The notes beneath the pieces are model-generated. The model ran no database searches and was not told the DNA's origin. It saw nothing but the letters and a program-made list of their open reading frames with translations. Below, piece after piece: positions 26,896 through 37,579 of a DNA stretch of 58,331 nucleotides. How positions within the stretch are numbered: position 1 is the stretch's first letter; each line of letters starts with the position of its first letter. The stretch covers positions 1 through 58,331 of the forward strand of contig SVSA01000002.1 in the NCBI GenBank assembly GCA_015064545.1, written 5' to 3'. Source of the stretch: Oscillospiraceae bacterium (GTDB lineage: Bacteria > Bacillota > Clostridia > Oscillospirales > CAG-272). A program made the position numbers and the translations under genes.

Positions 26896-26923
26896 TTGAC
26901 ATTATCGCAGAATTTGGTACAAT
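26896..26923 (+). promoter_or_regulatory. sigma-A-type promoter of tig
   Basis: TTGACA, 16 nt with TGg, TACAAT. Confidence 0.55.
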
Positions 26924-26969
26924 GATAAGGTATGCATATTATTTTACTTCAATATAGAGGAGAAAAGAC

Positions 26970-28277
26970 ATGAGTTTAAAGAATAAGACGAAGCCGACCG
27001 GCAATCAGGTCGAGCTTGAAATCGCCATTGATAAGGAAAGCTTTGACAAGGCAACCCAGGCGGCCTACCGCAAGAATGTTGCCAAGATGAATGTTCCCGG
27101 CTTCCGCAAGGGCAAGGCTCCCCGTGCGGTCGTTGAGAAAATGTACGGCAAAGCTGTTTTCTATGATGACGCAATCAATGCGCTTCTGCCCGACGCTTAC
27201 GAGGAAGCGCTGAAGGAATCGGGTGAAACGCCGGTAGGTCAGCCTACCTTCGACATTGTGTCGATCGATGAGGAAGGCGTTGTGCTGAAGGCAGTCTTCC
27301 CGGTTAAGCCCGAGGTAACGGTCAAGTCCTACAAGGGCTATGCGGTAGATCGCACGGTGGCTCCGACGACCGATGCCGAAGTGGATGCCGAAATTGCACA
27401 GGTTCGTGCCCGTAATTCGCGTACGCTGGATATTACCGACCGTCCCGCTGCAAACGGCGATATTTGCGTGATTGATTATGAGGGCTCGATTGACGGTGTT
27501 CCGTTTGAGGGCGGCAAGGGCGAAAAGCACAATCTGACGCTTGGCTCCGGTCAGTTTATCCCCGGATTCGAGGATCAGATTGTCGGTCATAATCCCGGCG
27601 ATGCCTTTGACGTTGTTGTTACTTTCCCTGCCGACTATCATGCTGCCGATCTGGCCGGTAAGGAAGCGGTATTCAAGACCGTTCTGCACGAGATTAAATT
27701 CAATGAGCTTCCCGAGCTGGACGATGATTTTGCGAAGGATGTTTCGGAATTCGATACCTTTGCTGAATATAAGGCCGATGTTACGGCAAAAATCTCCGAG
27801 AGACATGCCAAGGCCGCCGATGCCGAGGTTGATGAAAAACTCATCGATGCTTTGATCGAGAATCTCGAAGCCGATATTCCCGAAGCTATGTTTGAAACCG
27901 AAACCGAGAACCAGGTTCGTGACTACGATAACCGTTTGAGAATGCAGGGACTCGATCTTGCTACCTATCTGAAGTATACCGGAATGAATCTTGACGGTGT
28001 TCGCGCACAGCTTCGTCCGCGCGCTGAGCGTCAGGTTAAGACCCGTCTTGCTCTCGAAAAGATTGCCGAGCTGGAAGCCATTACCGTTTCTGCCGAGGAA
28101 ATCGAGGACGAGATGAAGAAGATCGCCGAAGCCTATCGCGTTGATCTGGAGCAGGTCAAGGCTTCGATCACCCCCGATATGATCGAGGGCGACATCAAGG
28201 TTGGCAAGGCTGTTGAGCTGGTTCGCGCCGCTGCCGTGATTACCGATAAGGCTCCTGAGGAGACCGACGCCGAATAA
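26970..28277 (+). CDS. tig: trigger factor
   Basis: GFRKGKAP ribosome-binding motif, FKBP-type PPIase core (FIPGFEDQIVG), located upstream of clpP-clpX. Confidence 0.95.
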   Translation: MSLKNKTKPTGNQVELEIAIDKESFDKATQAAYRKNVAKMNVPGFRKGKAPRAVVEKMYGKAVFYDDAINALLPDAYEEALKESGETPVGQPTFDIVSIDEEGVVLKAVFPVKPEVTVKSYKGYAVDRTVAPTTDAEVDAEIAQVRARNSRTLDITDRPAANGDICVIDYEGSIDGVPFEGGKGEKHNLTLGSGQFIPGFEDQIVGHNPGDAFDVVVTFPADYHAADLAGKEAVFKTVLHEIKFNELPELDDDFAKDVSEFDTFAEYKADVTAKISERHAKAADAEVDEKLIDALIENLEADIPEAMFETETENQVRDYDNRLRMQGLDLATYLKYTGMNLDGVRAQLRPRAERQVKTRLALEKIAELEAITVSAEEIEDEMKKIAEAYRVDLEQVKASITPDMIEGDIKVGKAVELVRAAAVITDKAPEETDAE

Positions 28278-28290
28278 TTCGGAGGACAGC

Positions 28291-28944
28291 ATGGAACTCA
28301 AGGGAAAAAAGATCAATTTTCTCGGCGACAGTATTACCGAGGGTGTCGGTACCTCTTGCCAAGAAAATATTTACCATCAGGTAATGAAGCGTGAATACGG
28401 TCTCGCTGAGGCTCGCAATTACGGAATCAGCGGCACTCGCTTTGCCAGACAGCCGGTTGTGACAGAGGATCGCTTTGACCGTGATTTTTGTATGCGCGTT
28501 CCCGAAATGGATCCCGATGCCGACGTGGTGGTGGTTTTTGGCGGCACGAACGATTTCGGTCATGGCGCTGCGCCGATCGGCGGGCCGGATGATCGCAATC
28601 CCGATACCTTTTACGGTGCCTGCCACTATCTTTTCCGTGCCTTGATGGAGCGCTATCCCGAAGCGGTTATTGTGATTTGCACGCCGCTTCACCGCTTGAG
28701 CGAAGACAGCACGCACGGGGATGTCAAAACCAATCATCCCGGTAACCTGAAGCGGTATGTGGATATCATCCGCGAGGTGGCTGAGCTTTATTCACTCCCT
28801 GTTGTCGATTTTTTTGCTCGGGCCGGTATTCAGCCCAAGATCGAGGAGCACCGTGTTCGCTATATGCCCGACGGTCTCCATCCGAACGATGCCGGACACC
28901 GCAAGCTTGCGGAGCGGATCGGCAATTTCCTACTCGCCTATTAA
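28291..28944 (+). CDS. SGNH/GDSL-family hydrolase
   Basis: FLGDSITEG block I, GGTNDF block III, DGLHPN block V. Confidence 0.8.
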   Translation: MELKGKKINFLGDSITEGVGTSCQENIYHQVMKREYGLAEARNYGISGTRFARQPVVTEDRFDRDFCMRVPEMDPDADVVVVFGGTNDFGHGAAPIGGPDDRNPDTFYGACHYLFRALMERYPEAVIVICTPLHRLSEDSTHGDVKTNHPGNLKRYVDIIREVAELYSLPVVDFFARAGIQPKIEEHRVRYMPDGLHPNDAGHRKLAERIGNFLLAY

Positions 28945-29029
28945 ACCGTGCGCGGAAACGGTGCGGCTGACGTGCCGTAGCGTTTCCGCGTCTCTTTCTC
29001 TCATTCTATTTGCCAAAGGAGGGCTAACC

Positions 29030-29614
29030 ATGCCGCTTGTACCAACCGTAATTGAACAGACCGGTCGCGGAGAACGCGCTTACGACATTTATTCCCGTCT
29101 TCTGAATGACCGTATTGTCTTTTTGGCCGACGAAATTAACGATGTGACGGCGCAGCTTGTTGTTGCTCAGCTGTTGTTCTTGGAAGCACAGGATCCCGAT
29201 AAGGATATCTGCTTGTATATCAACAGTCCCGGCGGATCGGTGTCGGCCGGCCTCGCGATTTATGATACGATGAACTTCATTAAGTGCGATGTTTCGACCA
29301 TTTGTGTCGGTATGGCCGCCTCGATGGGCGCCTTTCTGCTGTCGGCAGGCGCGAAGGGAAAGCGTTTGGCCTTGCCGAACAGTGAGATTATGATTCACCA
29401 GCCGCTTGGCGGCGCACGCGGTCAGGCCTCGGATATTAAGATTCATGCCGAGCATATTCTGAAAATGCGCGATACACTCAATCGCATTTTGGCGGAAAAC
29501 ACCGGCAAGCCTCTGGAGACGATTGAGCGCGATACCGATCGTGATAACTTCCTTTCGGCACAAGAGGCACTGGAATACGGTCTGATCGACCGCGTCATTA
29601 CCAAGAGAGATTAA
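29030..29614 (+). CDS. clpP: ATP-dependent Clp protease proteolytic subunit
   Basis: Start at [25 protein letters not shown] after aaaggagg. GMAASMGA (active Ser) and IHQPLGG. Confidence 0.97.
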   Translation: MPLVPTVIEQTGRGERAYDIYSRLLNDRIVFLADEINDVTAQLVVAQLLFLEAQDPDKDICLYINSPGGSVSAGLAIYDTMNFIKCDVSTICVGMAASMGAFLLSAGAKGKRLALPNSEIMIHQPLGGARGQASDIKIHAEHILKMRDTLNRILAENTGKPLETIERDTDRDNFLSAQEALEYGLIDRVITKRD

Positions 29615-29635
29615 AACAGGTAGTAAAAGGATATT

Positions 29636-30904
29636 ATGGCAAATACGACCGATCATAACAACAGACATCTTTACTGTGATTTTTGCGGTCGCGAGGAGAA
29701 CAAGGTTTCCTATCTGATTCCTTCGCCGACCGGACTTTATATCTGCGATAAATGCCTTGAGGGATGCAACCGTCTTGTTGCCGAGCATTTCGGACGTAAG
29801 CCGGGAGCAAAAAATATCGGCGATCTGTCGCTTTCCACGCTTCCGAAGCCCTCGGAGCTGAAGGCTGTGCTTGACGAATATGTTGTCGGGCAGGAGGATG
29901 CCAAGAAAACACTGTCCGTGGCGGTTTACAATCACTATAAGCGCATTCTGCAAACGAAGGATGACGAGGATGGTGTCGAAATTCAGAAGAGCAACGTGCT
30001 TTTGATCGGCCCGACCGGTGTGGGTAAGACCTTTTTGGCACAAACGTTGGCAAAAACACTGCGCGTTCCCTTTGCCATCGCCGATGCAACGACGCTGACC
30101 GAGGCGGGTTATGTGGGCGAGGATGTGGAGAATATTCTTCTTCGCTTGATTCAGGCGGCTGACTTTGATGTCGAGCTGGCCGAGCATGGCATCATTTATA
30201 TTGATGAAATCGATAAGATTTCGCGCAAGAGCGAAAACCGTTCGATTACGCGCGATGTTTCGGGCGAAGGTGTTCAGCAGGCGTTACTGAAAATTCTTGA
30301 GGGTACGGTGTCGAATGTGCCTCCGCAGGGCGGCCGCAAGCACCCCAATCAGGAGTTCATTCAGATCAATACCGAGAACATTCTCTTTATCTGCGGCGGC
30401 GCCTTTGATAAGCTGGACGAAATTATCGGGAAGCGACTCAACAAGGATAAACAGGCGATCGGTTTTAATTCCTCCCTTCTGGATCGGAAAAAGAGCGATA
30501 CCGCGTTGTTCCGCGATGTGACACCGCACGACATTGTCAAATATGGCTTGATTCCGGAGCTGGTTGGCCGAATTCCCGTGATCGTCGGTTTACAGGACCT
30601 GGACCGCGAGGCACTGGTCAGCATTTTGAAAAAGCCGAAAAATGCCATTACCAAGCAGTATCAAAAGCTGTTCGGTATGGATGGCGTTACGCTTCGCTTT
30701 ACCGACGGCGCACTCGAAAAGATTGCCGATCGTGCGATTGAGCTCAAAACCGGTGCGCGCGGTCTTCGTTCGATTGTCGAGGCGATTCTGCTTGATGTTA
30801 TGTATCAGATTCCGACACGTGAGGATGTGGCGGAGGTTATCATTACCGCCAATACGGTAGAAAAGGGATCGGCACCGCGATTGGTGTTAAAACCGACGGA
30901 ATAA
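29636..30904 (+). CDS. clpX: ATP-dependent Clp protease ATP-binding subunit ClpX
   Basis: N-terminal zinc finger CDFCGR...CDKC, Walker [21 protein letters not shown]. Confidence 0.97.
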   Translation: MANTTDHNNRHLYCDFCGREENKVSYLIPSPTGLYICDKCLEGCNRLVAEHFGRKPGAKNIGDLSLSTLPKPSELKAVLDEYVVGQEDAKKTLSVAVYNHYKRILQTKDDEDGVEIQKSNVLLIGPTGVGKTFLAQTLAKTLRVPFAIADATTLTEAGYVGEDVENILLRLIQAADFDVELAEHGIIYIDEIDKISRKSENRSITRDVSGEGVQQALLKILEGTVSNVPPQGGRKHPNQEFIQINTENILFICGGAFDKLDEIIGKRLNKDKQAIGFNSSLLDRKKSDTALFRDVTPHDIVKYGLIPELVGRIPVIVGLQDLDREALVSILKKPKNAITKQYQKLFGMDGVTLRFTDGALEKIADRAIELKTGARGLRSIVEAILLDVMYQIPTREDVAEVIITANTVEKGSAPRLVLKPTE

Positions 30905-30909
30905 GTGAA

Positions 30910-30946
30910 AAACAGAGAAATCTTTGAGGTTTCTCTGTTTTTTCTT
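30910..30946 (+). terminator. Rho-independent terminator after clpX
   Basis: acagagaaa/tttctctgt stem followed by a T-run. Confidence 0.75.
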
Positions 30947-31047
30947 TTCTTTTTTTGAAAAAGTTATATACAAAATCGGTTTTCTGTGTTATAATTACCA
31001 TTGGATTCTTATCGAAAGTGGGCGGCAATAGCCCGAAAGAAGAAAAA

Positions 31048-31851
31048 ATGGAAAAACGATTGAATAGAAAACCCACCCACCGTCAGGACAAGCCCGAACG
31101 CACACCCGCCTCTGCTTCGTATGTCATTGGTCGGAATGCGGTTTCGGAATTGCTCAAAAGCGGACGCGACATTGATAAAATCTATATAAAAAAAGGGGAA
31201 CGCACCGGATCGATTACCGTGATCGCGGCAGAGGCCATCAAACGCTCGATTCCGCTGGTTGAGGTCGAGGGGCCGAAGCTGGACACCATGTCAGGCGGAC
31301 AGCCGCATCAAGGGGTGATCGCTTCGGCGGCAATCAAGGAATATGCCACGGTTGATGATATGCTGCGCTTGGCCGAGGCACGCGGAGAAAAGCCGCTTCT
31401 GATTGTGGCAGACGGCATTGAGGATCCCCAGAATCTCGGAGCCTTGCTTCGTGTTGCCGAATGTGCCGGTGCTCACGGGGTCATTATTCCCAAACGCCGT
31501 GCGGTCGGCTTGACCGAGGCGGTAGGACGTGCCTCGGCGGGAGCTGTTGAGTATGTGCCGGTTGCCAAGGTAACGAATTTGGCGCAGACGGTGGATGAGC
31601 TGAAGGATAAGGGACTGTGGATTTTTGCGGCGGAGGCCGGTGGGGAATCCTATTATGAAACCGATTTGACCTGTGCGGCGGCCATTATCCTCGGAAGCGA
31701 AGGCTTCGGCGTTTCGCGCTTGCTCAAGGATAAGAGCGATTATCGGATTTCTATTCCGATGTACGGCAGCATCAATTCTCTGAACGTTTCTACGGCAGGT
31801 GCCGTAATTCTCTGCGAGGCGGCGAAGCAGCGCCGCGCCCGACAAGAATAA
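31048..31851 (+). CDS. rlmB: SpoU/TrmH-family 23S rRNA (Gm2251) 2'-O-methyltransferase
   Basis: Start at MEKRLNRK. GRNAV.ELLKSG, DGIEDPQNLGALLRVAECAGAHGVI, LNVSTAG. Confidence 0.85.
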   Translation: MEKRLNRKPTHRQDKPERTPASASYVIGRNAVSELLKSGRDIDKIYIKKGERTGSITVIAAEAIKRSIPLVEVEGPKLDTMSGGQPHQGVIASAAIKEYATVDDMLRLAEARGEKPLLIVADGIEDPQNLGALLRVAECAGAHGVIIPKRRAVGLTEAVGRASAGAVEYVPVAKVTNLAQTVDELKDKGLWIFAAEAGGESYYETDLTCAAAIILGSEGFGVSRLLKDKSDYRISIPMYGSINSLNVSTAGAVILCEAAKQRRARQE

Positions 31852-31866
31852 GGAAGGCGGTTGAGC

Positions 31867-34698
31867 ATGGAAAACAAACGTGATGATATTTCGGCAAGCG
31901 AGCTGCTTGCCAAACTCAAGGCCAATATGGCAGTCGAAGAGGAGGCAAAGTCAGAGCAGCCTCCCACAATGAAAGGGAAAAAATACCATTTCCGTCGTTC
32001 GGGTAAAACCTCCTCGCCGATTACCGAAGAAGAGATTCAGCGTGAGATGCCCGAAACGGGCGACGATCGCTTGTTTGTCAGCCCCGTGCCGCGCTCGGAT
32101 ATTGCCGATCTGGATTTTGATGAGCTGATGCGAAAATATTTGCCGGAGGATTATGAAAAGCTTTCGGCAAAGAAGACCGTATCGGTGACTTCCGAGGAAG
32201 AGGACGAGGATGAGCTCGTGCGCACGCTGACCAATCTCGATGCGGTGACCGAGGAAATTCACGATAGCGAAACCGCTTCGCTTGAGGATGAAGGCGTCGA
32301 TAACAGTCATGCCTCTACGCAACCGGTGTTAACGGCACCGGATTCGGAGTTGTTTGATCGTTTGAGCGCCGGCGGTAAGGTTTGCGATGTGCCGGGTGAC
32401 GATACCGAAACCGATGAGATGTCGGATACCCGTCCCGCACCCCTGCGGCCCCTGTCGGAGGAGGCCCGTACGATCGCATTCGGCTTGCATGACGATGAGG
32501 AGGAAGGCTTCTTGTCGGTGCGTGAGATTCTGTCGGCGGAAAAGACCGAAGCCTCTACACGCCCGGCAGACGATGCGCCGACGACCGAGATTTTGCTTGC
32601 CGATACACAGGTTCTTCCTACCGTTGAGGAGGAAACAACCGAAACGATTCCGGAGGAGGTCGAGGAGAGTACCGTGACCTCTATGACGGATACGGTTGCC
32701 TTTACGCAGCTTTCCGAGGAGGATGCCGTTTCCGAGGACGAGGAGACCGAGCAAACAGAGGAATCGGACACGCAGGATGAGGAAGAATCCGAAACGGTGC
32801 CCGAGGACGATGAATTTGATGAGACCGATGCTAATCTGATGGTGGCCTTCGGTATGGATGAGGAGCTGGATGCCGCCTTGGGTAAGGAGTCGGCAGACAA
32901 GCTTCGGGATAATATTGATCATATGATCTCCGAGGAGGAGGAAAAAACACCGAAGAAAAAGCGTGAGATTCCGGAGGAGCCGATCAAGGAGTATATTTCG
33001 CCTTCGGAAGCCAAAGGAATCATGGACCGTTATCGTACGGCCTACGGAAAAAATGTCTTGCGTCTGTTTGGCGTGATTGCCATTGTAGTGCTTCTGTTTT
33101 TCTATGAAAACCTCGGTATCTTTGGCGGCGCTCCGATCGATGCCCTGAATCCGGCATACTATCCGGTGGTGCATATTATGGTCGGTCTTCAGATTCTTTT
33201 GATTGGATTTGCACTCGTGGCGAAGAGTTTTTTGGCCGGCTTACGCGGTCTTTGGAATCGAAAACCGATTCCCGAAAGCTTCTTGCCGCTGATTCTGCTG
33301 GTAACGGTCGGTTATTCAGCGGCTGCCTGCTATTTCACACCGGGCCGCGACTTTGTCACCTTCTTCTTCCCGGTTTCGCTTTCTCTTCTGTTTTCGGTGC
33401 TGAATGAGCGCTTGGATCTGCGTCGTGAAATCATGGCCTTTAACATTATTTCCTCGAAACGCACGAAATTCGCGCTTGAAAAATTGGATTTGGGGGATGC
33501 TGAGCTGGAGACTCAGGCATTTGATAAATTCTTGCCGAAACAGCCCTCCATCTTTCACATTAACAAAACCGGCTTTGTTGACGGCTATTTCCGCCGCACA
33601 AAGCAGTATCCCGGTATCAAGCTGGTTCTGAATGCTTTTTTGCCGGCCACGCTGGTGGCCTTGGTGGCAGGTCTCTTGGTAGGCTTCGTGCGTCTCGGAA
33701 GCTGGGAGGAGGCGGTTCAGCTGGCTTATACTGCCTTTATCTTTGCGGTTCCCGCCGCGGTATTCTTCACCTTTGGTCTTCCTGCCTTCCGTGCCGAAAA
33801 GCTGGCGCAGGCTGAAAAAAGTGCCTTTGTCGGAGAGGCGGCGCTGGATGAGTATACGACGGCCGCGTCGATCTCCTTTGACGATCGTGAGGTTTTTCCG
33901 ACGGCCGGTGTAAAGCTACGCTCGATCAAGGTGTTTGGCTCGGGACGGATTGATACGGTGGTGTATAACGTTGCCAGCGTCTATGCCTTGCTCGGCGGTC
34001 CGCTTGCCGACGTTCTGCGTGTTGCTACGGCAGATCTTGGCCATTCGCAGAATACCGACATTCTGGCAATCGAGAATGAGGGTGTCGAGGCGGTGGTTGA
34101 TGACCAGCACCTGTATATCGGTAAGGCCGATTATCTCCGCCGTCACGGCTATGTGCCGGTTGCCGATCCGGATGACGAGGAGATTGAGGGCGGTGGCGAA
34201 ACCAGCATTATGTTCTTGGTCTGTAACGACGAAGTGGTGGCAAAGCTTTACGTGCGGTATCGTATCGATCCCGAATTTGAAATTACGCTCAAAAATCTGT
34301 ATCGCTCGGGTATTTGCGTCGGTATCAAGACGGTTGACCCCAACATCAATGATGAAATGCTTTCGACGCGTATTCGTCTGTCGAAATATCCGGTGCGTGT
34401 TCTGAAATACAGCGATGTTGCGGATACGCGACGCCATAACGACCGCACCGATAGCGGTATTGTTTCGAAAAAGTCGGCCAAGGCCCTGCTACGTACCTTT
34501 ACGCTGTGTGACAAGGTGAAGCATGTGACAAAGACAAATCTTATGGTGAACAGCATTACCATGATTGCCGGTCTTGTGATTGCCTTGGCGGTGGCCTTTA
34601 TCGGAACGGTGAGCGGCGTCTATTCGGTTTATGTGGCGCTGTTCCAGCTCTTTTGGGCGCTGGTGATCTATCTGCTGTCTAAGTTTATGCTGATGTGA
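31867..34698 (+). CDS. large membrane protein: ~390-aa acidic low-complexity N-terminus plus a degenerate P-type (P1B-like) ATPase body
   Basis: ATG at 31867 after aaggaagg. E/D/T-rich to ~aa 390, then TM helices. At the position of GG.ALE..(n)..DKTGTLT it reads FVGEAALDEYTTAASISFDDREVFPT; at GDGINDAPAL it reads GIKTVDPNINDEML. C-terminal TM pair. Confidence 0.6.
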   Translation: MENKRDDISASELLAKLKANMAVEEEAKSEQPPTMKGKKYHFRRSGKTSSPITEEEIQREMPETGDDRLFVSPVPRSDIADLDFDELMRKYLPEDYEKLSAKKTVSVTSEEEDEDELVRTLTNLDAVTEEIHDSETASLEDEGVDNSHASTQPVLTAPDSELFDRLSAGGKVCDVPGDDTETDEMSDTRPAPLRPLSEEARTIAFGLHDDEEEGFLSVREILSAEKTEASTRPADDAPTTEILLADTQVLPTVEEETTETIPEEVEESTVTSMTDTVAFTQLSEEDAVSEDEETEQTEESDTQDEEESETVPEDDEFDETDANLMVAFGMDEELDAALGKESADKLRDNIDHMISEEEEKTPKKKREIPEEPIKEYISPSEAKGIMDRYRTAYGKNVLRLFGVIAIVVLLFFYENLGIFGGAPIDALNPAYYPVVHIMVGLQILLIGFALVAKSFLAGLRGLWNRKPIPESFLPLILLVTVGYSAAACYFTPGRDFVTFFFPVSLSLLFSVLNERLDLRREIMAFNIISSKRTKFALEKLDLGDAELETQAFDKFLPKQPSIFHINKTGFVDGYFRRTKQYPGIKLVLNAFLPATLVALVAGLLVGFVRLGSWEEAVQLAYTAFIFAVPAAVFFTFGLPAFRAEKLAQAEKSAFVGEAALDEYTTAASISFDDREVFPTAGVKLRSIKVFGSGRIDTVVYNVASVYALLGGPLADVLRVATADLGHSQNTDILAIENEGVEAVVDDQHLYIGKADYLRRHGYVPVADPDDEEIEGGGETSIMFLVCNDEVVAKLYVRYRIDPEFEITLKNLYRSGICVGIKTVDPNINDEMLSTRIRLSKYPVRVLKYSDVADTRRHNDRTDSGIVSKKSAKALLRTFTLCDKVKHVTKTNLMVNSITMIAGLVIALAVAFIGTVSGVYSVYVALFQLFWALVIYLLSKFMLM

Positions 34699-34704
34699 TA
34701 TCGC

Positions 34705-34735
34705 AAAAATGCAGTCGATAAGACTGCATTTTTGT
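34705..34735 (+). terminator. Rho-independent terminator
   Basis: aaaaatgcagtc/gactgcattttt hairpin. It overlaps the listed ORF start at 34709, which argues for the downstream start. Confidence 0.7.
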
Positions 34736-34765
34736 CGGTATCTGTTTGGAAAGGAAAATGACGTT

Positions 34766-36619
34766 ATGGATAAGTCAATGCGATCGATTCTGAAGCGGGT
34801 GCTGAAGCCGGGACGCTATACCGGCGGAGAATACGGTCAGATCCTCAAGAATAAAGCCGATATGGCGTGTCGTGTGGCCTTTTGCTTTCCCGATACCTAT
34901 GAAATCGGTATGTCAAATCTTGGTGTTCGCTTGCTGTACGGGGTTTTGAATCGCGAGCCGGATGTGTGGTGTGAGCGGGTATACGCGCCGTGGGATGATA
35001 TGGAGGCGCAGATGCGTGAGCACGGTATTCCCTTGTTTGCTCACGAAAGCCGTGATCCGATTGCTGATTTCGATATGGTAGCCTTTACGCTGCAATATGA
35101 GCTTTGCTATACCAATGTATTGAATATGCTGGAGCTGGCGGGACTGCCGCTGTTGGCCTCCGAGCGTAATGACAGCCATCCGATCGTGGTCGGAGGCGGC
35201 CCTTGCGCGTATAATGCCGAGCCGATTGCCGATTTTTTTGATGTTTTTTCGATCGGTGAGGGGGAAGAGGCCCTTCCCGAAATGACACGCCTGTATATTC
35301 GTATGAAGGCGGAGGGGCGCTATACTAAGGCAGATTTTCTTCATGAGCTGGCAAAGATTCCCGGATTTTATGTGCCCTCGCTCTATGAGGTGAGCTATCA
35401 TGAGGATGGTACGATTGCCTCGTATACGCCGAAATATGACGATATCCCGGTTAAGATCGTTAAGCGGATTATCAAGGATATGAATACCTCTTATTTCCCC
35501 GATAAGCTGATCATGCCGTATATCGAAACGGTGCATGACCGTATTATGCTGGAGGTCTATCGCGGCTGTATTCGCGGTTGCCGTTTCTGTCAGGCCGGTA
35601 TCATTTTCCGCCCGGTACGCGAGAAAACGCCGGAGGTGCTCGACGCCCAGGCGAAATGCCTCTATGAAAGCACCGGATACGATGAAATTTCCTTGTCGTC
35701 GCTCAGCATCAGCGACTATTCGGAGCTCCCGGAGCTGACAGACCGCCTGCTTTCATGGACGAATGACGCCAAGATCAATTTGTCTCTTCCCTCGCTTCGT
35801 ATCGATAGCTTTACCAAGGAACTGATGGATAAGATTTCAACGGTGCGCACCGGCGGTATTACCTTTGCGCCCGAGGCAGGAACGCAGCGTCTGCGTGATG
35901 CGATCAACAAGAATGTCTGTGAAGAGGATCTGATGCGTGCCTGCAGGACGGCGTTTGAGGCCGGTAAAACCTCGGTTAAGCTGTATTTCATGAACGGCCT
36001 TCCGACCGAGACGATGGCGGATATCGAAGGGATTGCCGATCTTGCGGGTAAGGTGAACGAGGAGTTTTACCGTAATCCGAACCGCATGAAGGGAAAAGCG
36101 CCGACCGTGACGATCAGCGTGGCCTGCTTTGTGCCCAAGCCCTTTACCGCATTTCAATGGTACGGACAGGATTCCTTAGAGGATCTGAAGCGGAAGCAGG
36201 ATCATCTTCTTGCCTGTGTGAAAGGGAAGAAACACATTCGCTATAACTGGCATGATGCCGAGGTCAGCCGCATTGAGGCCGTTTTTGCTCGCGGCGATCG
36301 CAAGCTTAGCCGTGCGCTGATCGAGGCACATCGGTTAGGACAGAAGTTCGACGGATGGGATGAGCACTTCTCATATACCACGTGGCTGCAGGCCTTTGCC
36401 AATGCGAATCTCGATCCTGCCTTTTACGCTAACCGTCACTTCGGTCTTGATGAGGTTTTACCGTGGGATATCATCGATTGCGGTGTGACCAAGGACTTTT
36501 TCCTTCGTGAGCGTGACAAGGCATATCATGCTCAAACGACACCCAATTGCCGCGAGCATTGCTCGGGGTGCGGAGCGAATAAACTGGGAGGTGAAAGATC
36601 ATGTTGTCCTCAGCGGTAA
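34766..36619 (+). CDS. B12-binding-domain radical SAM protein, TIGR03960-like
   Basis: Start at MDKSMRSILKRVLKPGRYTGGEYG. CIRGCRFCQAG cluster motif. Followed by its usual DUF2344/TIGR03936 partner. Confidence 0.85.
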   Translation: MDKSMRSILKRVLKPGRYTGGEYGQILKNKADMACRVAFCFPDTYEIGMSNLGVRLLYGVLNREPDVWCERVYAPWDDMEAQMREHGIPLFAHESRDPIADFDMVAFTLQYELCYTNVLNMLELAGLPLLASERNDSHPIVVGGGPCAYNAEPIADFFDVFSIGEGEEALPEMTRLYIRMKAEGRYTKADFLHELAKIPGFYVPSLYEVSYHEDGTIASYTPKYDDIPVKIVKRIIKDMNTSYFPDKLIMPYIETVHDRIMLEVYRGCIRGCRFCQAGIIFRPVREKTPEVLDAQAKCLYESTGYDEISLSSLSISDYSELPELTDRLLSWTNDAKINLSLPSLRIDSFTKELMDKISTVRTGGITFAPEAGTQRLRDAINKNVCEEDLMRACRTAFEAGKTSVKLYFMNGLPTETMADIEGIADLAGKVNEEFYRNPNRMKGKAPTVTISVACFVPKPFTAFQWYGQDSLEDLKRKQDHLLACVKGKKHIRYNWHDAEVSRIEAVFARGDRKLSRALIEAHRLGQKFDGWDEHFSYTTWLQAFANANLDPAFYANRHFGLDEVLPWDIIDCGVTKDFFLRERDKAYHAQTTPNCREHCSGCGANKLGGERSCCPQR

Positions 36620-37212
36620 GAGTCCGTTTTACCAAGGTGGGAAGCTTGCAGTTTATTTCGCATCTTGATTTGAACCGTACGATGAAGACTGTCATGATTC
36701 GCGCCGGTATTCCGATCAAGTATTCGGAGGGCTTCAATCCCCATCCGAAGATGGTGTTTGCCCTTCCGCTTTCGGTTGGTGCCGAGAGTGTAACCGAATT
36801 CCTGGATTTCAAGCTCGACCGTCCCATGGCGGAGGAAGAGTTGATCGAGCGCCTCAACCGCGCTCTGCCGCCCGAAATGCGGGTGCTGGAGGCGTATACG
36901 CCGACTGCGAAGTTTACCGAGATTCATTATGCGGAGTATCGTATCGAGGACGAGGAGGACTTCTCGATAGCCCCTCTGATGCAGGATTCCATCATGATGA
37001 TGAAGCGGAGCAAGAGCGGCGAAAAGGAATGCGATATCAAGCCCTTGATTTTCTCCTTCCAAAAAGAAGAAAATGCGCTGACCTGTGTGCTCAGCGCCTC
37101 CCCTTCTGCCTATTTGAATCCCGAATATGTGGCTAAGCTGCTCGGCATACCCGATGCCACCATTCTTCGCACGCGGGTGCTGTTGGCTGACGGTAAAACA
37201 TCGTTCAGATAA
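36601..37212 (+). CDS. radical-SAM-associated protein, TIGR03936/DUF2344-like
   Basis: VRVRFTKVGSLQFISHLDLNRTMKTVMIRAGIPIKYSEGFNPHPKM. Overlaps the upstream gene. Confidence 0.8.
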   Translation: MLSSAVRVRFTKVGSLQFISHLDLNRTMKTVMIRAGIPIKYSEGFNPHPKMVFALPLSVGAESVTEFLDFKLDRPMAEEELIERLNRALPPEMRVLEAYTPTAKFTEIHYAEYRIEDEEDFSIAPLMQDSIMMMKRSKSGEKECDIKPLIFSFQKEENALTCVLSASPSAYLNPEYVAKLLGIPDATILRTRVLLADGKTSFR

Positions 37213-37579
37213 TCGATGCTACCGTTAAGGCATCGGCACGTTGCAGCGAACGAAGAGCTTCGGTTAGCTGCCTGCGTGCCGCCAGATAGTCGGAAACACT
37301 ACCGTTCTCATAATATGAGATCACATTGTCAAATGCTGTTGTGACGGCGTTCAGATAACGGGTATGCACCGTGTTGGACAGTCGCCGTGAAGCTTTATAC
37401 CAATACTCCCCTGCCGAAACGAGCGCTTCGGCGGGGGCATTTTTTTCTTTCTCTTTGTCAGGGAAGAGGGCTTCCTTTTGTAACAGTGTTTCGGTTACCG
37501 TTTCAAGATAGCGGCAGTTCAGTGTGGCCAAGAGAAACAGAAGACCGAAAAGGGTAAGCGAAAGAAGAACGGCTTTCAT
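37205..37579 (-). CDS. DUF4363-like small membrane-anchored protein
   Basis: N-terminal TM, helical remainder, 4-nt overlap with the upstream DUF421 gene (a common pairing). Confidence 0.55.
   Translation of the reverse strand: MKAVLLSLTLFGLLFLLATLNCRYLETVTETLLQKEALFPDKEKEKNAPAEALVSAGEYWYKASRRLSNTVHTRYLNAVTTAFDNVISYYENGSVSDYLAARRQLTEALRSLQRADALTVASII

Noticed and set aside
28291-28944. SGNH hydrolase inserted between tig and clpP as a sign of a mobile insertion.
   Set aside because: There are no flanking repeats, no compositional break and no mobility genes. It is probably an ordinary lineage-specific gene-order variant.
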